Shown here: piece after piece, positions 63,120-64,000 of the stretch | Layout: each line of letters opens with the position of its first letter | Position numbering within the stretch: position 1 is the first letter of the stretch | NCBI GenBank assembly: GCA_965235115.1 | Contig: OZ249436.1 | Location: 1,986,001 to 2,050,000, forward strand | Direction: 5' to 3' | DNA length: 64,000 nt | From: Laetmonice hystrix | Taxonomy: Eukaryota | Notes under the pieces: model-generated | Told to the model about the DNA's origin: nothing | Seen by the model: the letters and a program-made list of their open reading frames with translations, nothing else | Databases searched by the model: none | Translations under genes and position numbers: made by a program

Positions 63120-63366
63120 GTAACATGTACATATCTCCGAATTTTGGTGGTCAGAAATAAAACTAAACTACCCCTATACTCCAGACCCTAACGCCTATAT
63201 TCCAGGGGCTGGTTTCTCAGTCTTTGGGCAAGTCTCTTGCCTTACTTGCCTGACACGAATGGACTGTCCAACCGGCCTGGAATAAAAGGTAATGCAAGGA
63301 CGGGAATAGTGTGACAAAGAATCCGGCCCCTGGTGTTCAAATCTCTCCAGAATACGCATCCCTTAA

Positions 63367-63893
63367 AGGGGCATATTAATTATGAGGAAACATTGAAAAT
63401 CGGTATTTCATAGAACTTTTGCTGTTTTCATAAAGAGATCCTTCATTAAAATTAGTATTGGTAAACAAAGACAGACTTATCAGTTTCATTTTGCGTGAGA
63501 AATCGAAGTTAATTAAGCTCCCTTGCCCACTTCTCTGCCGATTTCGTAAACTATTTTTTGGGTGGCATTCTGATGCCGGGCGATCGAGTGCCACTGCTGA
63601 ATTGTTCACAACTAAACGAAGCACGTGACTAAGCACATGCAGCGAGTGCACACGCAGGATCTGACACAGTATGCAATTACACGGGTTGATGGGAGGTTGT
63701 CTGCCAAATTATGGTGGGAGATCGGGAGAAATCTATAGGTTTGGTCGTATAGAACCTACTTGTGCTGCATACGCAGCGAAAACACGTCGGAGGACAAAAT
63801 GCTGTGGTAGGATTATTTACTTGGATCCTTAGTACACGGTCATGTTGGATAATTGCCGGAAATCCTCAAAAACGTGTTTCATAGCATGCCCCT
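63367..63893. mobile_element. Probable non-autonomous DNA transposon, TTAA TSD, short TIR (Kolobok-like)
   Basis: ttaa|aggggcat ... atgcccct|ttaa (TSDs 63363-63366 and 63894-63897). Only 8 bp of perfect TIR, with patchy match beyond. Confidence 0.6.
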
Positions 63894-64000
63894 TTAACTG
63901 GGCCTGCTTCTAGCTGTACACTACCCCAAACTACGTGGGAGTGGTACTAAGGGTGAATAACAAACCTTTCGTGAGTTTAGAATCGTTCAAGGAGTAGACC

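Noticed and set aside
63063..63276. Minus-strand coding exon (acceptor near 63277, donor near 63062)
   Set aside because: The interval has many minus-strand stop triplets and repeat-like content, with no recognisable peptide.
1..64000. CRISPR array
   Set aside because: All arrays are head-to-tail repeats without unique spacers; no cas genes; eukaryotic context.

Overview
Non-coding eukaryotic DNA, probably from an invertebrate animal (inferred from V-domain SINE remnants and TTAA/TTA MITEs). I found no credible protein-coding gene, rRNA, tRNA or CRISPR array. About 70% of the window (roughly 45-46 kb by my hand tally) consists of about 30 mutually unrelated minisatellite arrays with units of 16-106 bp and lengths up to about 10 kb, separated by short unique spacers. 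The long ORFs in the track are translations of these repeats. The spacers hold two decayed tRNA-headed V-domain SINEs and several non-autonomous DNA transposons. The most interesting signal is a near-textbook recursive-splicing (ratchet) site on the + strand at 63050/63051: branch point, pyrimidine tract, CAG|GTAAGT, then a cryptic 69-nt exon with stops in all three frames. This suggests the window lies inside a giant, repeat-inflated intron. A nearby array carries 16 perfect antisense copies of that junction. Unrelated arrays also share a mutational signature of short inverted (snap-back) insertions and microhomology deletions. All coordinates and copy numbers were read by eye, so array edges are approximate.
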